64,000 nt of DNA from Haliotis rubra (taxonomy: Eukaryota). Under the pieces are notes generated by a model, which was not told the origin of the DNA, did not search any database, and was given only the letters and a program-made list of their open reading frames with translations. Where the stretch lies: positions 806,001-870,000 of the forward strand of contig NW_025766503.1 in the NCBI RefSeq assembly GCF_003918875.1, given 5' to 3'. Numbering within the stretch: the first letter of the stretch is position 1; each line of letters starts with the position of its first letter. A program made the position numbers and the translations under genes. Positions 53,556 to 64,000 of the stretch are shown here, one piece after another.

Positions 53556-55590
53556 TTGTGTAACAAGGTGGATCAGACTACTCCCCATGTACCAAGGTGG
53601 ATCAGACTACTCTCCGTGTAACAAGGTGGATCAGACTACTCCCTGTGTAACAAGGAGGATTAGACTACTCCCCATGTACCAAGGTGGATCAGACTACTCT
53701 CTGTGTAACAAGGTGGATCAGACTACTCTGTGTAACAAGGTGGATCAGACTACTCTGTGTAACAAGGAGGATTAGACTACTCCCTGTGTAACAAGGTGGA
53801 TTAGACTACTCCCTGTGTAACAAGGTGGATCAGACTACTCTCTGTGTAACAAGGTGGATCAGACTACTCCCTGTGTAACAAGGTGGATTAGACTACTCCC
53901 TGTGTAACAAGGTGGATCAGACTACTCTCTGTGTAACAAGGAGGATCAGACTACTCTCTGTGTAACAAGGAGGATCAGACTACTCTGTGTAACGAGGATT
54001 AGACTACTTCCTGTGTAACAAGGTGGATCAGACTACTCTCTGTGTAACAAGGTGGATCAGACTACTCCCTGTGTAACAAGGTGGATTAGACTACTCTCTG
54101 TGTAACAAAGGTGGATCAGACTACTCTGTTGTAACTGTGAGGTGGATCAGACTACTCCCTGTGTAACAAGGAGGATCAGACTACTCTCTGTGTAACAAGG
54201 TGGATTAGACTACTCCCTGTGTAACAAGGTGGATCAGACTACTCTCTGTGTAACAAGGTGGATCAGACTACTCTGTGTTACAAGGATTAGACTACTCCCT
54301 GTGTAACAAGGTGGATCAGACTACTCCCTGTGTAACAAGGTGGATTAGACTACTCTCTGTGTAACAAGGAGGATTAGACTACTCCCTGTGTAACAAGGTG
54401 GATCAGACTACTCTCTGTGTAACAAGGAGGATCAGACTACTCTCTGTGTAACAAGGAGGATCAGACTACTCTCTGTGTAACAAGGAGGATCAGACTACTC
54501 CCTGTGTAACAGGGTTTGATCAGACTACTCTCTGTGTAACAAGGAGGATCAGACTACTCTCTCTCTGTGTAATGTGTAACAAGGTGGATCAGACTACTCT
54601 CTGTGTAACAAGGAGGATTAGACCACTCCCTGTGTAACAAGGTGGATCAGACTACTCTCTGTGTAACAAGGTGGATCAGACTACTGTCTGTATGACAAGG
54701 AGGATCAGACTACTCTCTGTGTAACAAGGAGGATCAGACTACTCTCTGTGTAACAGGGTTTGATCAGACTACTCAATGTGTAACAAGGAGGATCAGACTA
54801 CTCTGTGTGTAACAAGGTGGATCAGACTACTCTCTGTGTAACAAGGTGGATTAGACTACTCTCTGTGTAACAAGGAGGATTAGACTACTCCCTGTGTAAC
54901 AAGGTGGATCAGACTACTCTCTGTGTAACAAGGAGGATCAGACTACTGTCTGTATGACAAGGTGGATCAGACTACTCTCTGTGTAACAAGGTGGATCAGA
55001 CTACTCTCTGTGTAACAAGGAGGATTAGACTACTCCCTGTGTAACAAGGTGGATCAGACTACTCTGTGGGAAGGCAAGGAGGATCAGACTACTCTGTGTG
55101 TAACAAGGAGGATTAGACTACTCTCTGTGTAACAAGGAGGATTAGACTACTCCCTGTGTAACAAGGTGGATCAGACTACTCACTGTGTAACAAGGAGGAT
55201 CAGACTACTCTCTGTGTAACAAGGAGGATCAGACTACTTTCTGTGTAACAAGGTGGATCAGACTACTCTCTGTGTAACAAGGAGGATCAGACTACTGTCT
55301 GTATGACAAGGTGGATCAGACTACTCCCTGTGTACAAAGGGGGAGCAGGCTACTCTCTGTGTAACAAGGTGGATCAGACTACTCTCTGTGTAACAAGGAG
55401 GATCAGACTACTGTCTGTATGACAAGGTGGATCAGACTACTCCCTGTGTACAAAGGGGGAGCAGGCTACTCTCTGTGTAACAAGGTGGATCAGACTACTC
55501 TCTGTGTAACAAGGAGGATCAGACTACTGTCTGTATGACAAGGTTGATCAGACTACTCCCTGTGTACAAAGGGGGAGCAGGCTACTCTTC
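53556..55590. repeat. 29-bp minisatellite, ~70 copies
   Basis: Unit gtgtaacaagg(t/a)ggat(c/t)agactactc(t/c)ct; a higher-order 4-unit block is repeated at about 55240-55590. Confidence 0.96.
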
Positions 55591-57294
55591 CTACCAAGGG
55601 GTACTTTCTTTGTGCGAACATGCTCCTGAGTGTACTCATGCCTAATGCAGATACACCTTACACAAGTCAGTTCCAGTTGTCCAATATACGTTTAACTACA
55701 ACAAAGTAGTTGATGAAGTACAAACGTCCTGAAAGTTGGTCATAAGAAATGACTACTACAGGACCTATACACCTGGGGATTCAGTGCTGGAGCCCTGCCT
55801 CATGAATCCAGCAACACTGAATGGATCAATAGCATACAGAGCTCTACCAACAAGTGCAGTCATGCTGTAAAAACATGCTGTCTCTCAGTATACACCATGA
55901 CAACACTGTGGCTGATGGTTGGGACAGACAGATACCTTTCATGTCACCAAATACATAGCTGCACCAACTCAGGTTAGTGGATGCAAGAGTGGGGGCTGTT
56001 TGAATGATTGGATGACAGGTATGTCATGACAACTTCATCAACTGCTGCCATATTCATTGATTCTTTTAGGTGTGTTAACAATCATTGAATTTACATGAAA
56101 TAGCACATCAGTAAGGTGTGTCTATATAAGGGCAGCTTCAAATATTTCTTTCCTGTGCATTTATTTAAACTGAGTAAATTATCATGCAGACCAGATTATT
56201 GGAGTCGCACAAATGTTTGTTTTAATGTCTACCTGGCTAATATTTGAGTATGTGCTAAAATTTCAATTATGTGAGTGTAGTATGGAGTACCTTCATATTA
56301 TATGTTGTATATAGAATGCACAAGCTATGCCTCACTTAGTGGTAAAATGTTAATGTTATACACTAACATTTCTGAAACTATCAAATCAAACTTCACAAAC
56401 CATTCCATGCATAAAACAACATGGCTTGTATTTCAAATACTTAGGTTTTGTATACATGTATGTATGAATAAAATGTTTAATTGCAAATCATGATAACAGG
56501 ACTGTTTAAAAAATACTGTATCACAGCTAATTTCTAAAATGAAATATTGACTTTTAACAACCAGCAGCACATAAGGAAATAGTTACTTTCTAACAGCTTC
56601 GCACATTTTATAGTTTGATGTATATGCAGATCATCCATGGCGTTTATAAGTACAACCAAAGTATTTTGTAGATCATGTTCTGTTAAATTTGTTCAATAGT
56701 TTGGAAGAAATATTTTCATTCAAATACAAACAGATGGATGCACAGGTAGAGGACATACAAGGGGGACACATATAAGTCCAACTTGTCATAGTGACCAGAA
56801 AAACATGATCTCATTTCACTGGAGGAGAAACATTTTTCATGATGATATGCTGCAGAATAAGATGAAGATAAAACCAGAATCGTCAGGAAAAGTGAGCATG
56901 TTTAAACAGCATGAGAACTCTGAAGGACATCACTTGTCTCCTTAGTGTCTGAGCCCTTCCACTGATGCTCTCCAAGAACAGTAATGTTACATCTCTGTAT
57001 TCAGGGGATCATTGGTGACAGGGTTCAGGCTTGCACCATCAGCAGACAACAACATCAATCATCCACTGTAACTCTTTGCTGCAACAGACCATAATCCTGT
57101 AGATGGAACATGATCCAATTCCTGGAATCCATACAAATTCCTTCTTATGACAAAGTCTGACATTACTAGCAAGTACTTTTCAGTCCCCTCCCATGATATG
57201 TTATCTATACTGTGAATAAAAAATTAAGCACCACCGAGTATATTTTGCCAATCTAGGTTGTCTCATAGGAAATCTTTCAGAATAAAACAACTAT

Positions 57295-57923
57295 CAGGCT
57301 AAGTAAACTTAGGCTCAGTATTATTCGCTACACTGCTATACTGAGTCTAATAAAACCTTGTGGAAGATCGTGTCAGGTAACCTTTTCAATTGACCAATCA
57401 CAACACAGCTTACCAAATCGCGAAAGTTGACATTCGCACATACCTTTTTAACTTTTACCTCGAAAAAGTTTTGTACCCGAACGATTCCGAATGCTATTTT
57501 CCGTACGATTGCTTCCGAGTGATGCACATGGAGCACGCCACAACAGTGAGTAAACAGTCGCTGAAAATAGCGTTTTGTCAGTATTCAAGGATGTCAGCTT
57601 GCGGAAATATTAGCTAATGATAACCATGTGAACAGAAACCCAAAAGCGTATATTCTGCAGGTCATATATCTGTGTTTTATGCAGGTTTTCATTTGTTGTG
57701 AGACCAGTGCTGGCGACAGGGGAAGAGAAAATACATTTTGTAAGTCCCGCCAAACCCTAAATAGTAGCTGTTGTCTGACTGGTTAAATCCGTTCGGCCGT
57801 CTCGCGTTTGATTGGACGGTCATAGGTCGCTCAAAGGTTACCTGATGCAACCTTCCACAAGGTTTTGTTAGACTCAGTATATCAGTGTAACGAATAATCC
57901 TGAGCCTAAGTTTACTTAGACTG
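57295..57923. mobile_element. 629-bp MITE with ~95-bp TIRs and 10-bp TSD (Mutator-like)
   Basis: TIR cag(g/t)ctaagtaaacttaggctcag...aaaaccttgtggaag...tcaggtaaccttt at both ends. TSD aaacaactat at 57285-57294 and 57924-57933. CpG-rich. Confidence 0.88.
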
Positions 57924-58551
57924 AAACAACTATCATAGTTTGGTTTAGTACATTATTTAGAAATTATCTTTTACTTTAAACAGGATGTATGTGCTTTTGG
58001 AAAACATGCATTTTGTTTTCCTCCAAAAGGCTACCTTCTTTTGAAAAGTGAAAATCAGAAATGACTGTTATATGGTCACATGATTGTCATTTTTGACAAG
58101 TGAAACCTAAGTTTAATAGTGTTGTATAAGCAGAATAGGAATAGTTATTTTGCTTTAAAACGCAGTGCCATCATATCTTTAACAATAGTTCCTTTAATTG
58201 TAAATACAAATGATTATGATATCCCTAAATCAGTTACCAGATGAACCTTCTTTAAATATGGATTGGTCTTCCCAATTATTTTAGCCTAACATTTCCACAG
58301 CTTCACATCTTAGTTTTGAAATAGGCTGGCGTTTAACTATTTATTCTCGGTATACTATTTGTGCAGATTATGCCATACATATTTCTGATACATCTGATAC
58401 TCTTGAATACTTGGAACCACTCCCCAATTAAAGGGCAAGGGATTGTCTTGTCACTGTGAGGATGACAGATGAGGTGTGTGTGACATCAAGTTCATCAAGA
58501 AACTGTAGCACTGCAAGTACTGAATTGGACTGGAGGAGCATAGTTGAACTG

Positions 58552-58781
58552 AAACTTCATCAAACACAACCTCAATGTATCGGTAGTTGATGTACACACA
58601 GAGTCACTGCTTATGGTCGAGTTGTTCAAGTGAAATATGGGAAACATCATCCAACACAACGTCAATGTACCGGTAGTTGATTTACACACAGAGTCACTGC
58701 TTATGGTCGAGTTGTTCAAGTGAAATATGGGAAACATCATCCAACACAACGTCAATGTACCGGTAGTTGATTTACACACAG
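58552..58781. repeat. 90-bp tandem repeat, ~2.5 copies
   Basis: ccaacacaacgtcaatgtaccggtagttgatttacacacaga at 58651 and 58741, with a diverged copy near 58560. Confidence 0.9.
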
Positions 58782-59384
58782 ATACAAATTATTGCAAGAA
58801 CCTTTCTGGGTCAGCTTAGAACAGGATTAGGTTATGTTGAGTTTGGTGTGTTTTTTAACTGATGGCAGTAGCTTTGGAACCCAACATGATATAACTTGCC
58901 AGCCTAACTTCCAAACTCCCTCCCTTACCGCATTATACTCCTCAAACAGGAACATTCCTTATGATTGTCAGTCTGAATACAGCAAAAAGAATTGTCAATC
59001 AATATTTGTATAACTGTAATTTTACATCCAGACAGAAAGATGATATGATTCATCCATTTCTGACAATGTTTGCTTCAACACATCATTCAAATTTTAAAGA
59101 GAATCAGAATACACATATGTGACTATGTATAGACAGTAGCCGAGACACAGTTAAAGAGAGTTTGATTGGAAAGGAACAAACACAACATGTTTTTGTACGT
59201 GACATTTCAATACCACTGATCATATTTCACATGACTCAAATGCAACTACAAGGACAAATAAAGGATGTGTAGCAGCACACAGCACTATCGCTAGACAGCT
59301 TACAATATCAGCAAAGGCAGCCCAAAGTATCTGTCAGCATAGATACTGGTACTCAAATAGCTTCTCCATTAATATCGAAGACAT

Positions 59385-60470
59385 GACATGGTGGTTACAC
59401 AGGGTGTTGACACACGTGACATGATTCATACACAGGGTGTTGACACACATGACATGATTCATATACAGGGTGTTGACACACATGACATGATTCATATACA
59501 GGGTGTTGACATACATGACATGATTCATACACAGGGTGTTGACACACATGAAACTGTGTATAATAGAGTGGTGACACACATGACATGGTGCATAAGAGAG
59601 TGGTGACACACAGAGTATTGACAAGAGAGTGGTGTATAACAGAGGAGTAGAGTGGACACACATGACATATTGTATAACAGAGTGGTGACACACATGACAT
59701 ATTGTATAAGAGAGTGGTGACACACATGACATATTGTATAAGAGAGTGGTGACACACATGACATATTGTATAACAGAGTGGTGACACATATGACATATTG
59801 TATAACAGAGTGGTGACACACATGACATGGGGTATAAGAGTGTGGTGACACACATGACATATTGTATAACAGAGCGGTGACACACATGACATGGTGTATA
59901 AGAGAGTGGTGACACATATGTCATATTGTATAACAGAGTGGTGACACACATGACATGGTGTTTTACAGAGTGGTGACACATATGACATATTGTATAAGTG
60001 GTGACACACATGACATGGTGACACACATGACATGGTGTATAAGAGAGTGGTGACACACATAACATGGTGTATTAGAGATGGTGACATAACACATATTGTA
60101 TAACACATATGACATACACATATGACATATTGTATAACAGAGTGGTGACACACATGACATGGTGTATAAGAAAGTGGTGACACACATGACATATTGTATA
60201 ACAGAGTGGTGACATATATGACATGGTATATAACAGAGTGGTGACACATATGACATATTGTATAACAGAGTGGTGACACACATGACATGGTGTATTAGAG
60301 AGTGGTGACATACACCACATATTGTATAACAGAGTGGTGACACATATGACATATTGTATAACAGAGTGGTGACACACATGACATGGTGTATAAGAGAGTG
60401 GTGACACACATGACATTGTATAACAGAGTGGTGACATATATGACATGGTATATAAAAGAGTGGTGACCCA
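59385..60470. repeat. ~31-33-bp minisatellite with two subtypes
   Basis: Units acagggtgttgacacacatgacatgattcatat, then gtggtgacacacatgacatattgtataacaga. Confidence 0.93.
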
Positions 60471-60779
60471 CACTCACCAATACAGCAGGTGGCCTGTTTA
60501 ACAATTTATGACATCTGTTCTGTAATGCAATACTCGGTGACCAAACAGGTCACCAATCAGTCAATAATGAAATTGACTATGCCTGATAATGTTGTGAACC
60601 CTTGTTGTAATAAGACACATTCAACCAACTTGTTGTTACTGATGATGAGCTCTGAGACAATGTTCAGTTCAGATAGCACCCAAACAGCTTAAGTCATAAC
60701 AGTATCTATTGCCTCAGTAATCTCTGGTAGATTTGTGAAATGCTTTGTGGGATGTTTTGTTTCAGTAAGTTTTTATCAG

Positions 60780-62490
60780 CATGTCACCCTGAGTGCCCGT
60801 GCATGTCATCCTGAGTGCCCGTGCATGTCATCCTGTGTGCTCATGTATACCATTTTGTGTGCACATGTATATCATCATGTGTGCCCATGTATATCATCAT
60901 GTGTGCCCATGTATTTGATCCTGTGTGCCCATGTATGTCATCCTGTGTGCCCATGTATGTCATCCTGTGTGCCCATGTATGTCATCCTGTGTGCCCATGT
61001 ATGTCATCCTGTGTGCCCATGTATACCATCCTGTGTGCCCATGTATGTCATCCTGTGTGCCCATGTGTATCATCCTGTGTGCCCATGTATACCATCCTGT
61101 GTGCCCATGTATATCATCCTGTGTGCCCATGTATACCATCCTGTGTGCCCATGTATGTCATCCTGTGTGCCCATGTATGTCATCCTGTGTGCCCATGTAT
61201 ACCATCCTGTGTGCCCATGTATATCATCCTGTGTGCCCATGTATACCATCCTGTGTGCCCATGTATACCACCATCCTGTGTGCCCATGTATACCATCCTG
61301 TGTGCCCATGTATGTCATCCTGTGTGCCCATGTATGTCATCCTGTGTGCCCATGTATACCATCCTGTGTGCCCATGTATGTCATCCTGTGTGCCCATGTA
61401 TACCATCCTGTGTGCCCATGTATGTCATCCTGTGTGCCCATGTATGTCATCCTGTGTGCCCATGTATACCATCCTGTGTGCCCATGTATACCATCCTGTG
61501 TGCCCATGTATGTCATCCTGTGTGCCCATGTATACCATCCTGTGTGCCCATGTATACCATCCTGTGTGCCCATGTATGTCATCCTGTGTGCCCATGTATA
61601 TCATCCTGTGTGCCCATGTATGTCATCCTGTGTGCCCATGTATGTCATCCTGTGTGCCCATGTATGTCATCCTGTGTGCCCATGTATATCATCCTGTGTG
61701 CCCATGTATATCATCCTGTGTGCCCATGTATGTCATCCTGTGTGCCCATGTATGTCATCCTGTGTGCCCATGTATGTCATCCTGTGTGTCCATGTATATC
61801 ATCCTGTGTGCCCATGTATGTCATCCTGTGTGTCCATGTATGTCATCCTGTGTGCCCGTGCATGTCATCCTGTGTGCATTTCATCTTGTGTGCCCGTGCA
61901 TGTCATCCTGTGTGCATGTCATCTTGTGTGCATGTCATCTTGTGTGCCCGTGCATGTCATCTTGTGTGCATGTCATCTTGTGTGCCCGTGCATGTCATCC
62001 TGTGTGCATGTCATCTGTGTGTGCATGTCATCCTGTGTGCATGTCATCTTGTGTGCCCGTGCATGTCATCCTGTGTGCCCATGTCATCTCCTGTGTGCCC
62101 ATGTCATGTCATGTGTGTGCATGTCATCCTGTGTGCATGTCATCTTGTGTGCATGTCATCTGTGTGTGCATGTCATCTGTGTGCATGTCATCTGTGTGTG
62201 CATGTCAAAGGGTGTGTGCATGTCATCCTGTGTGCATGTCATCTTTCAGGACAAAGGGGGTGCACACCCCTGCACCCCATCTGGATCGCCTATGGTGCCC
62301 AAGCATGTCACCCTGTGTGCCAATGTAAGTTATCATCCTGTGTGCATGTCATCTTGTGTGCCCGTGCATGTCATCTTGTGTGCATGTCATCTTGTGTGCA
62401 TGTCATCTTGTGTGCATGTCATCTTGTGTGCCCGTGCATGTCATCTTGTGTGCCCATGAATGTCATCCTGTGTGCCTATGTATGTCAGTG
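60780..62490. repeat. 22-bp minisatellite degrading to 16/14-bp units
   Basis: Unit catcctgtgtgcccatgtatgt. It is stop-free on the plus strand, which explains the 574/558/467-aa Cys-rich ORFs. Confidence 0.96.
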
Positions 62491-63024
62491 ATTACAAGCA
62501 TATCCCCAACACATCCATGCTACAACAAAAATGTTGGTGCAGGATTGCCTTGTGCTCTGCCTGTCCCAGAGACATGAACCAGAGAACACCCCAAAATCAA
62601 CTTCACTTCAATCAACATACTGACAGAAGCATCCATAAAATATTCTAAAAGCCTTGTTTGATTTTCCTACTTGATAATTAGACTTGAGACTTGAATCAGC
62701 CATTGTTGCTTTTGTTGGTAAGACAGGCGTGGATGCATGATTGACAAGGAGTCTTCGTTGTAACAGTGTCGCACAAAAACAACTGACACTGCTCCTATCA
62801 TCTTAATGGAAGAGACCTGATTGAAAATAAATGGAATCATGGTTTCTTGGTAGTAATAATTGAAAAGAAGAATTAAATGATCTAAAAACAGAAACATCTG
62901 AGTTGATTAAAATTTCTTATTTCAGTTTCATTCATACCTAGAATGTTCTTAAGGAATTAAACTAGAAATTTATCTTCCATGGAGCCAAATTGTTTATCCC
63001 AGACTATCTGTGAGAACTAACCTG

Positions 63025-63456
63025 GGGTAATCAGTCACAGGAAAAAAAGTCAGGGGTACAAAAAGTCCCAATAACCAATTTTATAAATTCAACAAGTTAT
63101 GTTAATATCATTATGATCAGGAATGCTTGTCTGTCGGAAGTTGATGCAAATTCTTCTGGAACGTCACCAAGGTCACTCAGGTTGGACAGAACTGGTGGGG
63201 TCGGTCATTGGTATCTCATGGTTGTCTTGTAGTGTTTTTGAGTGGGAAGCATGGGTCATACTCCATCGCTGGTGTCTGCCACAACCTGGGCAAGTATCTG
63301 GCTCGGCTTATCCCTGGTGTCAGTTGCTTGCTTCTTCATTTGGAGTCAAACTTTGGTCATCTCAATCTTGGCATAGCATGTTGGGTGATTGTGTGGCTGT
63401 CCAATCTCACTTTTTCTTTGTGAATGTTGGTGCTCAAACCGCCACTGAGTAACTAC
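63025..63456 (-). mobile_element. Second FLYWCH-MULE relic (internally deleted, cut by Tc1)
   Basis: The minus strand translates, with stops and a frameshift, to SGGLSTNI..GQPHNH..AKIEMTKV..MKKQATDTRDKPSQILAQVVADT..MLPTQKHYKTTMRYQ.PTPP..VPEEFAST..AFLI. The terminus has aaaaagtc sub-repeats at ~63035-63070. Confidence 0.6.
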
Positions 63457-63458
63457 TA

Positions 63459-64000
63459 TACTAAACAGCAAAAGAAACATCAGTTTGGAATTTTCCTTCA
63501 CAGAAACGGATAACTGTAAACTCATTTAATGTATTGATTGTATATTTTTGACAATATCTCCAACTTCACCTGAGCAAAGACATTCCTTCCCAAACTCAGA
63601 ATGGAACCCAGGAAATGGTCTCAAAAGCGCAACCTGATCTCGAGATGGTATGGTGTTCTCCATGTTTTTCATGCAACTCATGCTGCACGTGCTGTTCACA
63701 AGGACCAGCCCTATAAAATAATCAAATTACAAGGTCAGCAGGATGCCGCGACTCACAACAGCTCAGAGGAACCAGGCTCTAGGAAGACTTGAAGCTGGCC
63801 ACACTGCAGAAGCTGTTACCCATCACTTCCAGGTCACCGTTTGGACCATCTACAGGCTGCAGCAACATTTCCGGGCCACCAACTCCACAAATGATTGCCC
63901 CCGTACTGGCAGACCAAGGGTGACAGCAAGACGACAAGACCGCCATGTTGTGCGAAAGCATGTACAGAATCTTTTCATGCAGGCATCCGTAACAGCACGC
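63459..64000 (+). mobile_element. Tc1 element, 5' part (runs off the window)
   Basis: TA|tactaaacagcaaaagaaac Tc1-like terminus, a TATA-like tataaaa near 63712, and a transposase ORF. Confidence 0.75.
63743..64000 (+). CDS. Tc1 transposase N-terminus (paired-like HTH, GRPR motif), open to the window edge
   Basis: MPRLTTAQRNQALGRLEAGHTAEAVTHHFQVTVWTIYRLQQHFRATNSTNDCPRTGRPRVTARRQDRHVVRKHVQNLFMQASVTAR; 86 codons without a stop. Confidence 0.85.
   Translation, partial: MPRLTTAQRNQALGRLEAGHTAEAVTHHFQVTVWTIYRLQQHFRATNSTNDCPRTGRPRVTARRQDRHVVRKHVQNLFMQASVTAR

Noticed and set aside
59334-60504. Cys/His-rich minus-strand ORFs
   Set aside because: Translations of the 31-33-bp minisatellite.
60735-62491. 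574/558/467-aa Cys-rich (keratin-associated or metallothionein-like) ORFs
   Set aside because: These are translations of a 22-bp minisatellite that is open in all three frames.

Overview
AT-rich, CpG-depleted metazoan genomic DNA, most likely molluscan. The (ACTC)n-tailed tRNA-derived SINEs and Helentron-type HINEs resemble abalone/vetigastropod repeats; this is an inference. I can recognise no intact host protein-coding gene. The window reads like part of a very large intron or an intergenic region. About 25 kb (roughly 35-40%) is at least 16 mostly unrelated tandem arrays, with units of about 8-16, 22, 25, 27, 29, 29, 31-33, 45, 48/56, 50, 53, 64, 83, 90, 102 and 143 bp. All long ORFs in the ORF track (400-950 aa) come from stop-free repeat units. 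The rest contains TE relics: two Tc1 elements (one complete but frameshifted DD34E copy, one running off the right edge), two FLYWCH-MULE relics, HINEs, MITEs, Crypton-like foldback elements, SINEs, and a Tx1/L1 fragment with a ~170-bp target duplication. The best leads are minus-strand splice signals: a consensus recursive-splice (AG|GTAAGT) site with a 54-nt RS-exon, a 6-nt microexon candidate, and a satellite whose unit carries an acceptor-20 nt-donor cassette. Also notable are the giant TSD, headless SINEs broken at the same point, and satellites seeded from TE sequence.
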